Source of the DNA: a virus | Lineage: Duplodnaviria > Caudoviricetes | IMG/VR virus record: IMGVR_UViG_3300022699_000112 | Span: 1-50,659 of that record | DNA: 50,659 nt | Direction: 5' to 3' (one strand) | Notes under the pieces: generated by a model | Told to the model about the DNA's origin: nothing | Seen by the model: the letters and a program-made list of their open reading frames with translations, nothing else | The model's database searches: none | Shown here: in pieces, positions 9,801 to 16,470 of the stretch | Numbering within the stretch: position 1 is the first letter of the stretch | Layout: each line of letters opens with the position of its first letter | Position numbers and translations under genes: made by a program

Positions 9801-11330
9801 CTCTCGGAAACTGAGATTGTAGACATCCACAATAAGGTAGCTGAGAATCAGAAGACCCTGCAACTAGCCAACCGGCTTGCTGAATTTTACCAACAGGACC
9901 GGGCTGAGATTGTAAACCAAGCTTCTCGCGATCTCAAAGGTTACGACGACGTAACAGCAGAACATTGGATGCCTCCTGCCCGAAAAGGTCAGAGTGGGCC
10001 GTTGCTGGTTCAGGATGTATTCGGTACTGTTTCTGAAGACATGCGTACGGCCGCTCACTATGCTGGTATCAAGCCGGTTATGCGGAATCTCCAAGCTCTG
10101 GTCAACAACAAAAACTTCCGTCGATCTGTTCAAAACGCCGGTAAGGGCCGCCACCTTAAACGCTTCCAAGAACAACTCGACGCAATGGACCGCAGCCGCC
10201 TGCGTATCGAATCCGATCTGGAAAAGGCCATCAGCCGCATCGGAGCCAATCGTGCCCGGGCAATTTTGTCTAATGGTCGAATCGCTATGCTACAGGCAGG
10301 TTCTTTTCAACTGTACCAGAACGAAACCGATACGCGATACATGCGTCCCGGCCATGTCCCCAAACAAATTTTTGACTCATGGGACCTGCTTCAGTTCAGG
10401 GAAAAGGGCCTCGGCTCTATCCACTCTGTAGTTTCGAAAAACACTATCCGCAAAACATGGAATGGTCGTGGGGCTGTTCTAGATTCCATTCTATGGCCCA
10501 TGCACAAGGTGGACCTTATGGTAGTACGTCAAGCAGCCCGCATTGCCTACCATGAAATGACCGACAAACACCTCGTAGGCAAAGCTCGGCGGTGGTGGGC
10601 TGGTTATGGTAAGGACCCGCATTCTCTCAAAATGATGAGTCCCGAGTTCGTAAAGGCTCTGCATGACCGGGCTACCTATCTGGCATACTCCACCCAGCCC
10701 ATGTTCTTCCCCGAGAGTCGTAACTACTACACCCAGCACGATAACGTGTTCCTCCGGGAAATGGCCCGCTTCCGCTCCTTTACCGATCAGCTTTTGAGGA
10801 ATATCGGCAGACAATATTCTCTCTGGCAAAGTGGCGAGATATCCAACCGCGAAGCAATGCTTAATATGGGCCGCACAATCATGTGGGCTACTATCTGGTA
10901 TAACGGACTCCGCTTTGCGTGGGACTCAATCTTCCACCCAGACGACGCTAAAGAAAAAGACTACTTGTTAGAGGCTATTCTGGGGCCGCTTTCTTGGATA
11001 CCTTTTATCGGCTGGCCTCTTAAAACCGGTGCCGCTTCTTTGGTATCTGATAAAGCCCAGCGGTATGGCCCAGCCAACTTCTCGACCATTACCTTTGACC
11101 AGCTTAACAGGTCAAAAGACACAGCGTTCACCTTAGGTCTGGCGATGAAATACAGCCTCAATGATGAGAAAGACTCGCGGGGCCGTTGGAAATCTGAAAA
11201 ATATTGGAAACGCGGTATTCGCGATGCAGTACGGGATTCTTTGATTTTGTTCTTCGGTCTTCCCGGCGACGCAGTGAATATCATAGAGGATGGAAAGGAC
11301 AAGGGAAAAATTGACATCACAATACGATAA
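6867..11330 (+). CDS. Large internal virion/DNA ejection protein (gp16-like position)
   Basis: 1487 aa, Ala/Gly-rich hydrophobic patch (AAGAAAAGGAVGGPVGA), last large gene of the virion module. Confidence 0.65.
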   Translation: MSRYLDQLAEQQQVEQKDKVAKLDQNIRAGIKSGMSVPEVVENLQIPDDVKNPNRAVASIAIAQHYNISPERAYGIYPIYKQGLWPDISDEEVVNRLYQSPPDQLPESTVTEQTYEQKAEETLKDFPVYAQKREKAEEKNYPKPTGKNMLKSIFMPPDPKGVEQAQAAAREKARRALDDEWFGKGRSRDLAREQYYDALFEAKTPEEKETATQQYIEALKQQHQNHLKDIDRIEYQIQNHTEDESFMERKALAAKRAGYRAKGTWANVQQHLAKGNPFFTKDREKEFIKEQQDAQREAYAKANAPELWRAELNWIDGVSNSIIENAPTMAMAAGAAAAGGAVGGPVGARAGLWAVTYSAESSEIYQSALERGFSPEEASRRAHMGGVINASLETAGGGVTKYSPSPGLKGKILKYGGKLTKNQLREVLVEEVPQEAVSTILSGNVPYDVDGTVDYSEFTNQMLLVARDAAFTSAFYSSVQAGASNLAAIKTKQQTGFDIDDFTNFDDLMNDVIANGQERDTDLQSKKDAGEYVPGEEKYRLDKIIDHAVKKSIQIPSPDLKKYPYMLVPNSRLEEQAEGYTWHIKNFTDPTNNIKFKSYKEGLAKMQELVPEHVWKAPILVDLEQGHPIEIEEAHKQIQTPDYTEPLEDILNAHRYYLVDEGGNKYGVRDADTSKQVTTGEELDKATRVKNMRNLTQDKGVVSDDPLVQVHRFTRSRFDNGAVPNVYGPISDMLHPGADETARSTAAGALNEYVTGLHTSLAQEFGQVFADQQIPQEFRDSILWLPNEVIYKNKDQSSADTLRHIMRLGQLYGEGAQADQFRNWSRDKINKVKKNKHRKPILSEKDAEPGLWHKLWDPIGGTSKDDFVSSLTHIFGTGHVDVSERIMQARTQTTKYFLGMNDIVDKIQQDLQITNPEKAEWSTVLGRKPKHIPVIVDGQERSMTMAQLIYLDLASRDPSLYNIITNEGIAFKNLDLGPLSETEIVDIHNKVAENQKTLQLANRLAEFYQQDRAEIVNQASRDLKGYDDVTAEHWMPPARKGQSGPLLVQDVFGTVSEDMRTAAHYAGIKPVMRNLQALVNNKNFRRSVQNAGKGRHLKRFQEQLDAMDRSRLRIESDLEKAISRIGANRARAILSNGRIAMLQAGSFQLYQNETDTRYMRPGHVPKQIFDSWDLLQFREKGLGSIHSVVSKNTIRKTWNGRGAVLDSILWPMHKVDLMVVRQAARIAYHEMTDKHLVGKARRWWAGYGKDPHSLKMMSPEFVKALHDRATYLAYSTQPMFFPESRNYYTQHDNVFLREMARFRSFTDQLLRNIGRQYSLWQSGEISNREAMLNMGRTIMWATIWYNGLRFAWDSIFHPDDAKEKDYLLEAILGPLSWIPFIGWPLKTGAASLVSDKAQRYGPANFSTITFDQLNRSKDTAFTLGLAMKYSLNDEKDSRGRWKSEKYWKRGIRDAVRDSLILFFGLPGDAVNIIEDGKDKGKIDITIR

Positions 11331-11505
11331 CATCTGTAAAGATCAGTTCCAATCTATCCATGATAAACTGGATGATATCCGAGATACTGTCCATAGAATA
11401 GACAAAAAGGCTTACCGGAACACGGTAATCATAAATGCTATGTTGTGGTGCTTTGGGGTACTTTTCACGGCGGTAGTCGGTATAGCTGCTGCTATCGTGC
11501 TATAA
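11290..11505 (+). CDS. Small coiled-coil plus C-terminal TM protein, holin/XhlA-like candidate
   Basis: IHDKLDDIRDTV coiled segment then one hydrophobic helix; end of the late operon; true start may be the TTG at 11311. Confidence 0.45.
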   Translation: MERTREKLTSQYDNICKDQFQSIHDKLDDIRDTVHRIDKKAYRNTVIINAMLWCFGVLFTAVVGIAAAIVL

Positions 11506-11594
11506 TAAGGACCGGACGCCACCTCGACATCCGGCCCCGACAGGAGGTTTACAATGTACCGACGTTATTACCGCCACCATCGGCTGGGCGGGGT

Positions 11595-11867
11595 TTACCT
11601 AATCGGTTTGATCTGTTTGAGTAGCTCACGCACTTCAGACGTTTTATAAGTCCAACCAAACAGAGTAATTGTGTCTCCTAATGAGAGGAATTCTTTTTTC
11701 TTGAAGACTTCGTAATCCCCGTCACAGTCACGAGTAAGCCAAATATCGTTGCTTTCAAACACCACGGTATAGGGCTTGAAAGCGTCTACTACATAACCGT
11801 CTGTCCTGTCTATAAAACCCGGGAATCTTTTTGGTTCACCATAGTCGCCTGCATACAAAGACATCAT
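11595..11867 (-). CDS. Hypothetical protein (resembles 13061-13459)
   Basis: ORF coupled to the recA stop; shares VxFExxDIxxT and a C-terminal pattern with the 13061-13459 product. Confidence 0.6.
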   Translation of the reverse strand: MMSLYAGDYGEPKRFPGFIDRTDGYVVDAFKPYTVVFESNDIWLTRDCDGDYEVFKKKEFLSLGDTITLFGWTYKTSEVRELLKQIKPIR

Positions 11868-12814
11868 ATTTCCTTTCGTAATTGTTCGTACAATTCTTTA
11901 TCTAACAGAGCTTCTTTGACACTATTCTTTCCGTGCCACCGTTGCTCACCATAAGAGAACCAAGCACCTTTTTGCTCGATAATTCCCTTTTCAATCGCAA
12001 TGTCAAGAACATCAGCCTCCTTGCTGATTCCCCTATCAAACGTCAGGTCAAAATGAGCTTCCTTAAAGGGGGGTGCCACCTTGTTCTTGACGACTTTAAC
12101 CCTGACGCGGTTGGCTATCGACTCCCCCCCGTTATCCTTAATGGTCGATACCCGGCGTACATCCAATCGTACACTACTATAATATTTTAACGCATTACCC
12201 CCCGGTGTTGTTTCAGGATTTCCATACATTACTCCAATTTTCATTCGAAGTTGATTGATAAAAATAACAAGTGTGCGGGATGTATGGATTATACCAGAGA
12301 GCTTTCTCATGGCCTGACTCATCATCCGGGCTTGTAAACCAACGTGGCTCTGGCCCATGTCCCCCTGAAGTTCCACCTCGGGGATTAAAGCGGCCACAGA
12401 ATCTATCACCACCACATCAAGCATATTGGACTGAACCAGAAGTTCCACAATACCCAGAGCTTCTTCACCGGTGGTGGGCTGGCTAATCAATAGGTTGTCT
12501 ACATCTACTCCGATCTTTTTGGCCCACGAAATATCTAATGCGTGCTCTGCATCAACAAAGGCCGACTTCCTGCTATACTTCTGAGCCTCGGCTATAGTGT
12601 GGAGAGCCAGAGTAGTTTTGCCTGACGACTCCTTGCCGTAGATTTCAACGATACGTCCCCGGGGGAGTCCTTTACCCCCGAGAGCTATATCCAGCGATGG
12701 AGAACCGGTGCTGACACATTCAATACCCTTAACCGAATCAGACATCCTCATTACCGACCCGGCACCGTACTGCTTGTCAATCTTATCTAGGGCTTTTTGG
12801 AGATCATCACTCAT
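11864..12814 (-). CDS. recA: Recombinase RecA (316 aa, no acidic C-terminal tail)
   Basis: [99 protein letters not shown]; start placed at MSDDLQKAL. Confidence 0.97.
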   Translation of the reverse strand: MSDDLQKALDKIDKQYGAGSVMRMSDSVKGIECVSTGSPSLDIALGGKGLPRGRIVEIYGKESSGKTTLALHTIAEAQKYSRKSAFVDAEHALDISWAKKIGVDVDNLLISQPTTGEEALGIVELLVQSNMLDVVVIDSVAALIPEVELQGDMGQSHVGLQARMMSQAMRKLSGIIHTSRTLVIFINQLRMKIGVMYGNPETTPGGNALKYYSSVRLDVRRVSTIKDNGGESIANRVRVKVVKNKVAPPFKEAHFDLTFDRGISKEADVLDIAIEKGIIEQKGAWFSYGEQRWHGKNSVKEALLDKELYEQLRKEI

Positions 12815-13064
12815 TAGTTTTCCAATAAACTCGGCAGCCCCGAACAACAAACCTGTCGTCGGTCAAATCAAATCTCTGCAAGTTAGTTTTAAAAAAACGC
12901 ACATAATCTATTGGATAATACAGAGAGTTTTCATCCTGAGCAAACCTCTTGGCAAGCAAACAGTCTACGAAAATATCTATCGCATCAGTGGTCTCGGGTA
13001 CAGTTTCCCGGCAGACAAACTTTCCATTCAGATATAAAAGCACGTTTAAGCGTCTCTCACTCAT
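12807..13064 (-). CDS. Hypothetical protein
   Basis: ORF tightly overlapping both neighbours in the operon. Confidence 0.6.
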   Translation of the reverse strand: MSERRLNVLLYLNGKFVCRETVPETTDAIDIFVDCLLAKRFAQDENSLYYPIDYVRFFKTNLQRFDLTDDRFVVRGCRVYWKTNE

Positions 13065-13459
13065 TCAAGATGGTCCAGTTCTTTAATACGGTCCTTGACT
13101 TTCTCTAGATCGTATATTTTACCGTCTATTTCAACCACCGGCATCCGTTTGTCGAAAACTGCCTTATCCCAAACAACTCTAGTTGGCTGGTCGTCTAGTG
13201 TTTCCGTTACGAATATATCGTCATTTTCGAAAATCACCTTGAGCTTGCTACAGCTTACAACAGTTTTATGCGAGCGAGATATAGTACCGTCGATTATCTC
13301 CAATGGGGTAAAATCCCAATAACCCGCATTTAGAAAATCGGCACGACGACTTGAAAAATACACCTGATTTTCAGTGACATAATAAGCCATACCCCACAGC
13401 ACGATACCCGTCTCTTTATTTACAGCCTTAAATTTATCGCCGGTTTTAATTCTTATCAT
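13061..13459 (-). CDS. Hypothetical protein
   Basis: Coupled ORF in the leftward operon. Confidence 0.65.
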   Translation of the reverse strand: MIRIKTGDKFKAVNKETGIVLWGMAYYVTENQVYFSSRRADFLNAGYWDFTPLEIIDGTISRSHKTVVSCSKLKVIFENDDIFVTETLDDQPTRVVWDKAVFDKRMPVVEIDGKIYDLEKVKDRIKELDHLE

Positions 13460-13739
13460 CGTTTAATCCTTTTCTTGTAATTTCGCTATCTTTTTTAGCC
13501 ACTTCTGTTTCAACATTTTTCTTAGCCTTGGCAATTTCACAAGCCTTAGCCCGCCAGTGCTCAGCTTCTGTCCGCAATTCATCACACCGGACACTTAGCT
13601 TTTGACATTCTTCTTCCAACGAATCAATTTTTGCTATAACCCCCTCAACAAAAGTAGCAGGAGCAAAACTTATTTGTGCGTGACCAAAGGGCAGTTTGTC
13701 CGCTAATTTGCCCAGAGCCTCATCGAGTTTTTTGTCCAT
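13446..13739 (-). CDS. Hypothetical coiled-coil protein
   Basis: Heptad-like KIDSLEEECQKLSVRCDELRTE; operon packing. Confidence 0.6.
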   Translation of the reverse strand: MDKKLDEALGKLADKLPFGHAQISFAPATFVEGVIAKIDSLEEECQKLSVRCDELRTEAEHWRAKACEIAKAKKNVETEVAKKDSEITRKGLNDDKN

Positions 13740-13866
13740 ATTTTTCCTTTTCTTGTTCTCTTATACGAGGAAGACAACACTTTTTAAACTTCTTCCCACT
13801 ACGACACGGGCACGGTTGGTTCCGGCCCACTTTAATTATACCAAACTTGCCCCATTTAATCTTCAT
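13720..13866 (-). CDS. Stand-alone SEC-C zinc-binding motif protein
   Basis: KVGRNQPCPCRSGKKFKKCC is a canonical SEC-C motif; start placed at MKIKWGK. Confidence 0.75.
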   Translation of the reverse strand: MKIKWGKFGIIKVGRNQPCPCRSGKKFKKCCLPRIREQEKEKYGQKTR

Positions 13867-14029
13867 GCTTCCACCACTTTCCCAAATGTTTTCCACAGCG
13901 AAGACAAGTCTCACTTGATATTTTAGTGGTTTCCCGCCAGAAAAAGCCGGGCATATCGGCGGGGGTGATTTTGGTTGTTATAGACCACCTTTTGTGTCCA
14001 AATATCAAACAAATCAACTTCTGAATCAT
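13856..14029 (-). CDS. 57-aa Cys/His mini-protein (DUF1660-like); not in the ORF track
   Basis: Hand translation MIQKLICLIFGHKRW...TCLRCGKHLGKWWKHED; ATGA overlap with the HU stop. Confidence 0.65.
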   Translation of the reverse strand: MIQKLICLIFGHKRWSITTKITPADMPGFFWRETTKISSETCLRCGKHLGKWWKHED

Positions 14030-14301
14030 ATCTCCAACAACCTTTCTCGAATAACTTTCGCCGGTCTGAAATACACCCGTCTTTTGGGCGGCACATGAAC
14101 CGGCTCCATCGTTTTAGGATTGTGGGCTTCTCTACTAGGTTTATGTTTTACCCGAAACGTACCCAGCCCGTGTAGCTCCAAGCACCCTTGGTTAATCCCC
14201 TCTTGCATTGCAACAAGGGCAATATCAAAAGCCTTTTTTGCTTTATCGTGAGTCAAGCCGGTACCGTCAGCTATACGCCGGGTTATATCCAATTTATTCA
14301 T
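14026..14301 (-). CDS. HU/IHF-family DNA-binding protein
   Basis: MNKLDITRRIA...GLGTFRV...REAHNPKTMEPVHVPPKRRVYFRPAK. Confidence 0.93.
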   Translation of the reverse strand: MNKLDITRRIADGTGLTHDKAKKAFDIALVAMQEGINQGCLELHGLGTFRVKHKPSREAHNPKTMEPVHVPPKRRVYFRPAKVIRERLLEI

Positions 14302-15197
14302 ATCTCATAATTCTCCACTTTTTGAGTCCACTCATTCTTATAGATAAGTTTGCCCCATTGAAGTGTGTCTATCGTATCGTCTGGGCAAATGTTGAACCAT
14401 GTCAACCCTGTTGCTACGATGCCAGAGCATTGACGTTCACCATACTTTGACCCCCAATCAGTTAAACACGGCAAAGAAACAGCCATCCAATCTACCCCGG
14501 AACACTCACGAAAGTCATGGACATGCCCGCGAAGAATCACATGAGCTTTGGGTTGGGAGTCGTTGTGGTCGTGCCAGTATAAATTCCATGTCTGTTCTTT
14601 TGCCAGTGGGGTGTATCGGCCATAGGGGGTCGATGAACCGCCTACCTTGTGTTTAATATCGAATTGGACCCCATTTATTACCGGAAATTCGTGGCTGCCG
14701 ATAACAACCTCAACTCCCTCTTTTTGGAGATTATTAGCAATTACGTTCTCGTGATCTCCCCCATCCTCACCTCCGGCTGTATGGTATGGGGTGCCGTAAA
14801 CCATAACTACTTTCTTAGCCCCTGTAGCAAGAATACATTGGGTTGCCATATCGGTCTGTTGTTGCCAAGTACGGACTAACAACTCACTGCCCCCTGACCT
14901 TTTGCCCATTCCCTCGGTTAAATCTCCACCGCAAATAAGGATATCGGGTCTATAAAGATGGACCCACTCGGTATACCAACACCAAAGCTCATCAGGAATA
15001 GTGGTCCAACCCGGGGGGGTCAGACCACTACGATGCCCACAATGCAGATCACTAATCACCAAGACTTTCTTCATCTTCTGGTTCAGGACCCGTCCAGTTG
15101 AGTCGGTCGAAATCTTCAGATACGTCGCTATATCCGTCTGTTTCATTCCCATCTGGGCCATCAGCCTTACTTTCTGTTTGAGTTCGGGTGTGAGCAT
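14298..15197 (-). CDS. Calcineurin-like metallophosphoesterase with N-terminal HTH
   Basis: ISDLHCGH, GGDLTEG, GHVH metal motifs; MKQTDIATYLKIS HTH-like segment. Confidence 0.8.
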   Translation of the reverse strand: MLTPELKQKVRLMAQMGMKQTDIATYLKISTDSTGRVLNQKMKKVLVISDLHCGHRSGLTPPGWTTIPDELWCWYTEWVHLYRPDILICGGDLTEGMGKRSGGSELLVRTWQQQTDMATQCILATGAKKVVMVYGTPYHTAGGEDGGDHENVIANNLQKEGVEVVIGSHEFPVINGVQFDIKHKVGGSSTPYGRYTPLAKEQTWNLYWHDHNDSQPKAHVILRGHVHDFRECSGVDWMAVSLPCLTDWGSKYGERQCSGIVATGLTWFNICPDDTIDTLQWGKLIYKNEWTQKVENYEI

Positions 15198-15567
15198 CTA
15201 CAAGGTCCTCGATCTGATTCCGGCGTGCGATCATCGTCTTCAGTATAATCAAATAGGCGATGATATCATCTATTTTCTCTACCCACTGATTATAAGGTCT
15301 ACGGCCCTCTGTGTCCAGTTCATTTACGAACTTTCGTACCGAAATGATGTGTTTCAGCATGAAAAACCACAGAATACGTTCAGGCGGCAAATCTTCAATG
15401 GCCGACCCGTCATTGAAGTTTTCCACCCGATTGTTATCGCTGCTATACTCGTTCCCTTTTGTACCCAGCAGTTGAGTCACGCGGGAAAAAGTCACGTTTT
15501 TAATCGTGTCGATCAGGTCGCTATTGGCAACCATACACTGACGCACATAATATTCCTTATTATTCAT
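15052..15567 (-). CDS. Nucleotide-modification-associated domain 1 (DUF1599/Nmad1)-like protein
   Basis: KGNEYS...NF...KH...EKIDDIIAYLIIL all-alpha pattern. Confidence 0.6.
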   Translation of the reverse strand: MNNKEYYVRQCMVANSDLIDTIKNVTFSRVTQLLGTKGNEYSSDNNRVENFNDGSAIEDLPPERILWFFMLKHIISVRKFVNELDTEGRRPYNQWVEKIDDIIAYLIILKTMIARRNQIEDLVDAHTRTQTESKADGPDGNETDGYSDVSEDFDRLNWTGPEPEDEESLGD

Positions 15568-15970
15568 TACGCATCCTTTCTATCTTTTCTTTCATCTCCT
15601 CTTGGACCTTTTGGCAATCCGATAGATGCTGAGATCGGCAGAATAAACCTATATCTCGTAGACCCTGCAAAACAGGTATTCCGCGTTTCTTTGCGGCTTC
15701 GATTTCCATTCGAGTTCCCTTACTGCTCTCCCAACCGGGAACAAGTGCTACGGCGTCACACCGAAACATTATTTCCAGATTAGTTCCCATGTAATCGTGG
15801 AGCGTAAGGTCCCCGCACACTAGACCTTTAATAATATCCAGACATGGAATAGCGGTAAACACGCCAAATTCCTCGATCTGCCGGGCATACTTAATCATGC
15901 GGTGCATATTGTGGATGTACCCCTCGGGGCCATCAGTGAGCTTACCAGCGACATAGATGAGTTTGTTCAT
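15560..15970 (-). CDS. DUF4406 / nucleoside 2-deoxyribosyltransferase-like protein
   Basis: IYVAGK...CDAVALVPGWESSKGTRMEIEAAKKRGIPV. Confidence 0.8.
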   Translation of the reverse strand: MNKLIYVAGKLTDGPEGYIHNMHRMIKYARQIEEFGVFTAIPCLDIIKGLVCGDLTLHDYMGTNLEIMFRCDAVALVPGWESSKGTRMEIEAAKKRGIPVLQGLRDIGLFCRSQHLSDCQKVQEEMKEKIERMRNE

Positions 15971-16470
15971 TGCTGATTCCTTGGCATTAAAGTGTACTGT
16001 CGTCCGCATCGCTTACATCGAACAATGCGGGGTTGTGTAAGAAAATCATCCCCCGTATCCACTTTGTGAAAAGTATCACAAGTCGCATGGGGGTCCGCAT
16101 TATCGTTCACAGGATTACATACTGCGGGACAAACCCACATCACATAGTGCCCCTGCTGCCATGCTATTTCGGGGTATATGCCCTCAATTTCACAGGTCAT
16201 ATCCTCTGGACCGCACATGTCCCCCAACCCCGGACCTGCGGCATACTCCGCATCCACAAAGAAAAATGTTTGCACGGTCCAGCGTCCTTTCGGTCCCCGG
16301 CGTTTAGTCTGGATTTCCCGCACATCTATTCCCTGTTGGTTAAGAATATGTACTACGTCGGTAGGGACCCGAATGTCAAACATATCCCTTAAATCCCGCC
16401 CGGTAAAACCCAACCCGGCTTTCATCAAATCCGCTGCTTCTTCTAAGTGTGAATTATACCTTATTGCCAT
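15967..16470 (-). CDS. Hypothetical protein with C-terminal Cys cluster
   Basis: Start placed at MAIRYNSH; CPAVC...C...CKRC. Confidence 0.55.
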   Translation of the reverse strand: MAIRYNSHLEEAADLMKAGLGFTGRDLRDMFDIRVPTDVVHILNQQGIDVREIQTKRRGPKGRWTVQTFFFVDAEYAAGPGLGDMCGPEDMTCEIEGIYPEIAWQQGHYVMWVCPAVCNPVNDNADPHATCDTFHKVDTGDDFLTQPRIVRCKRCGRQYTLMPRNQQ

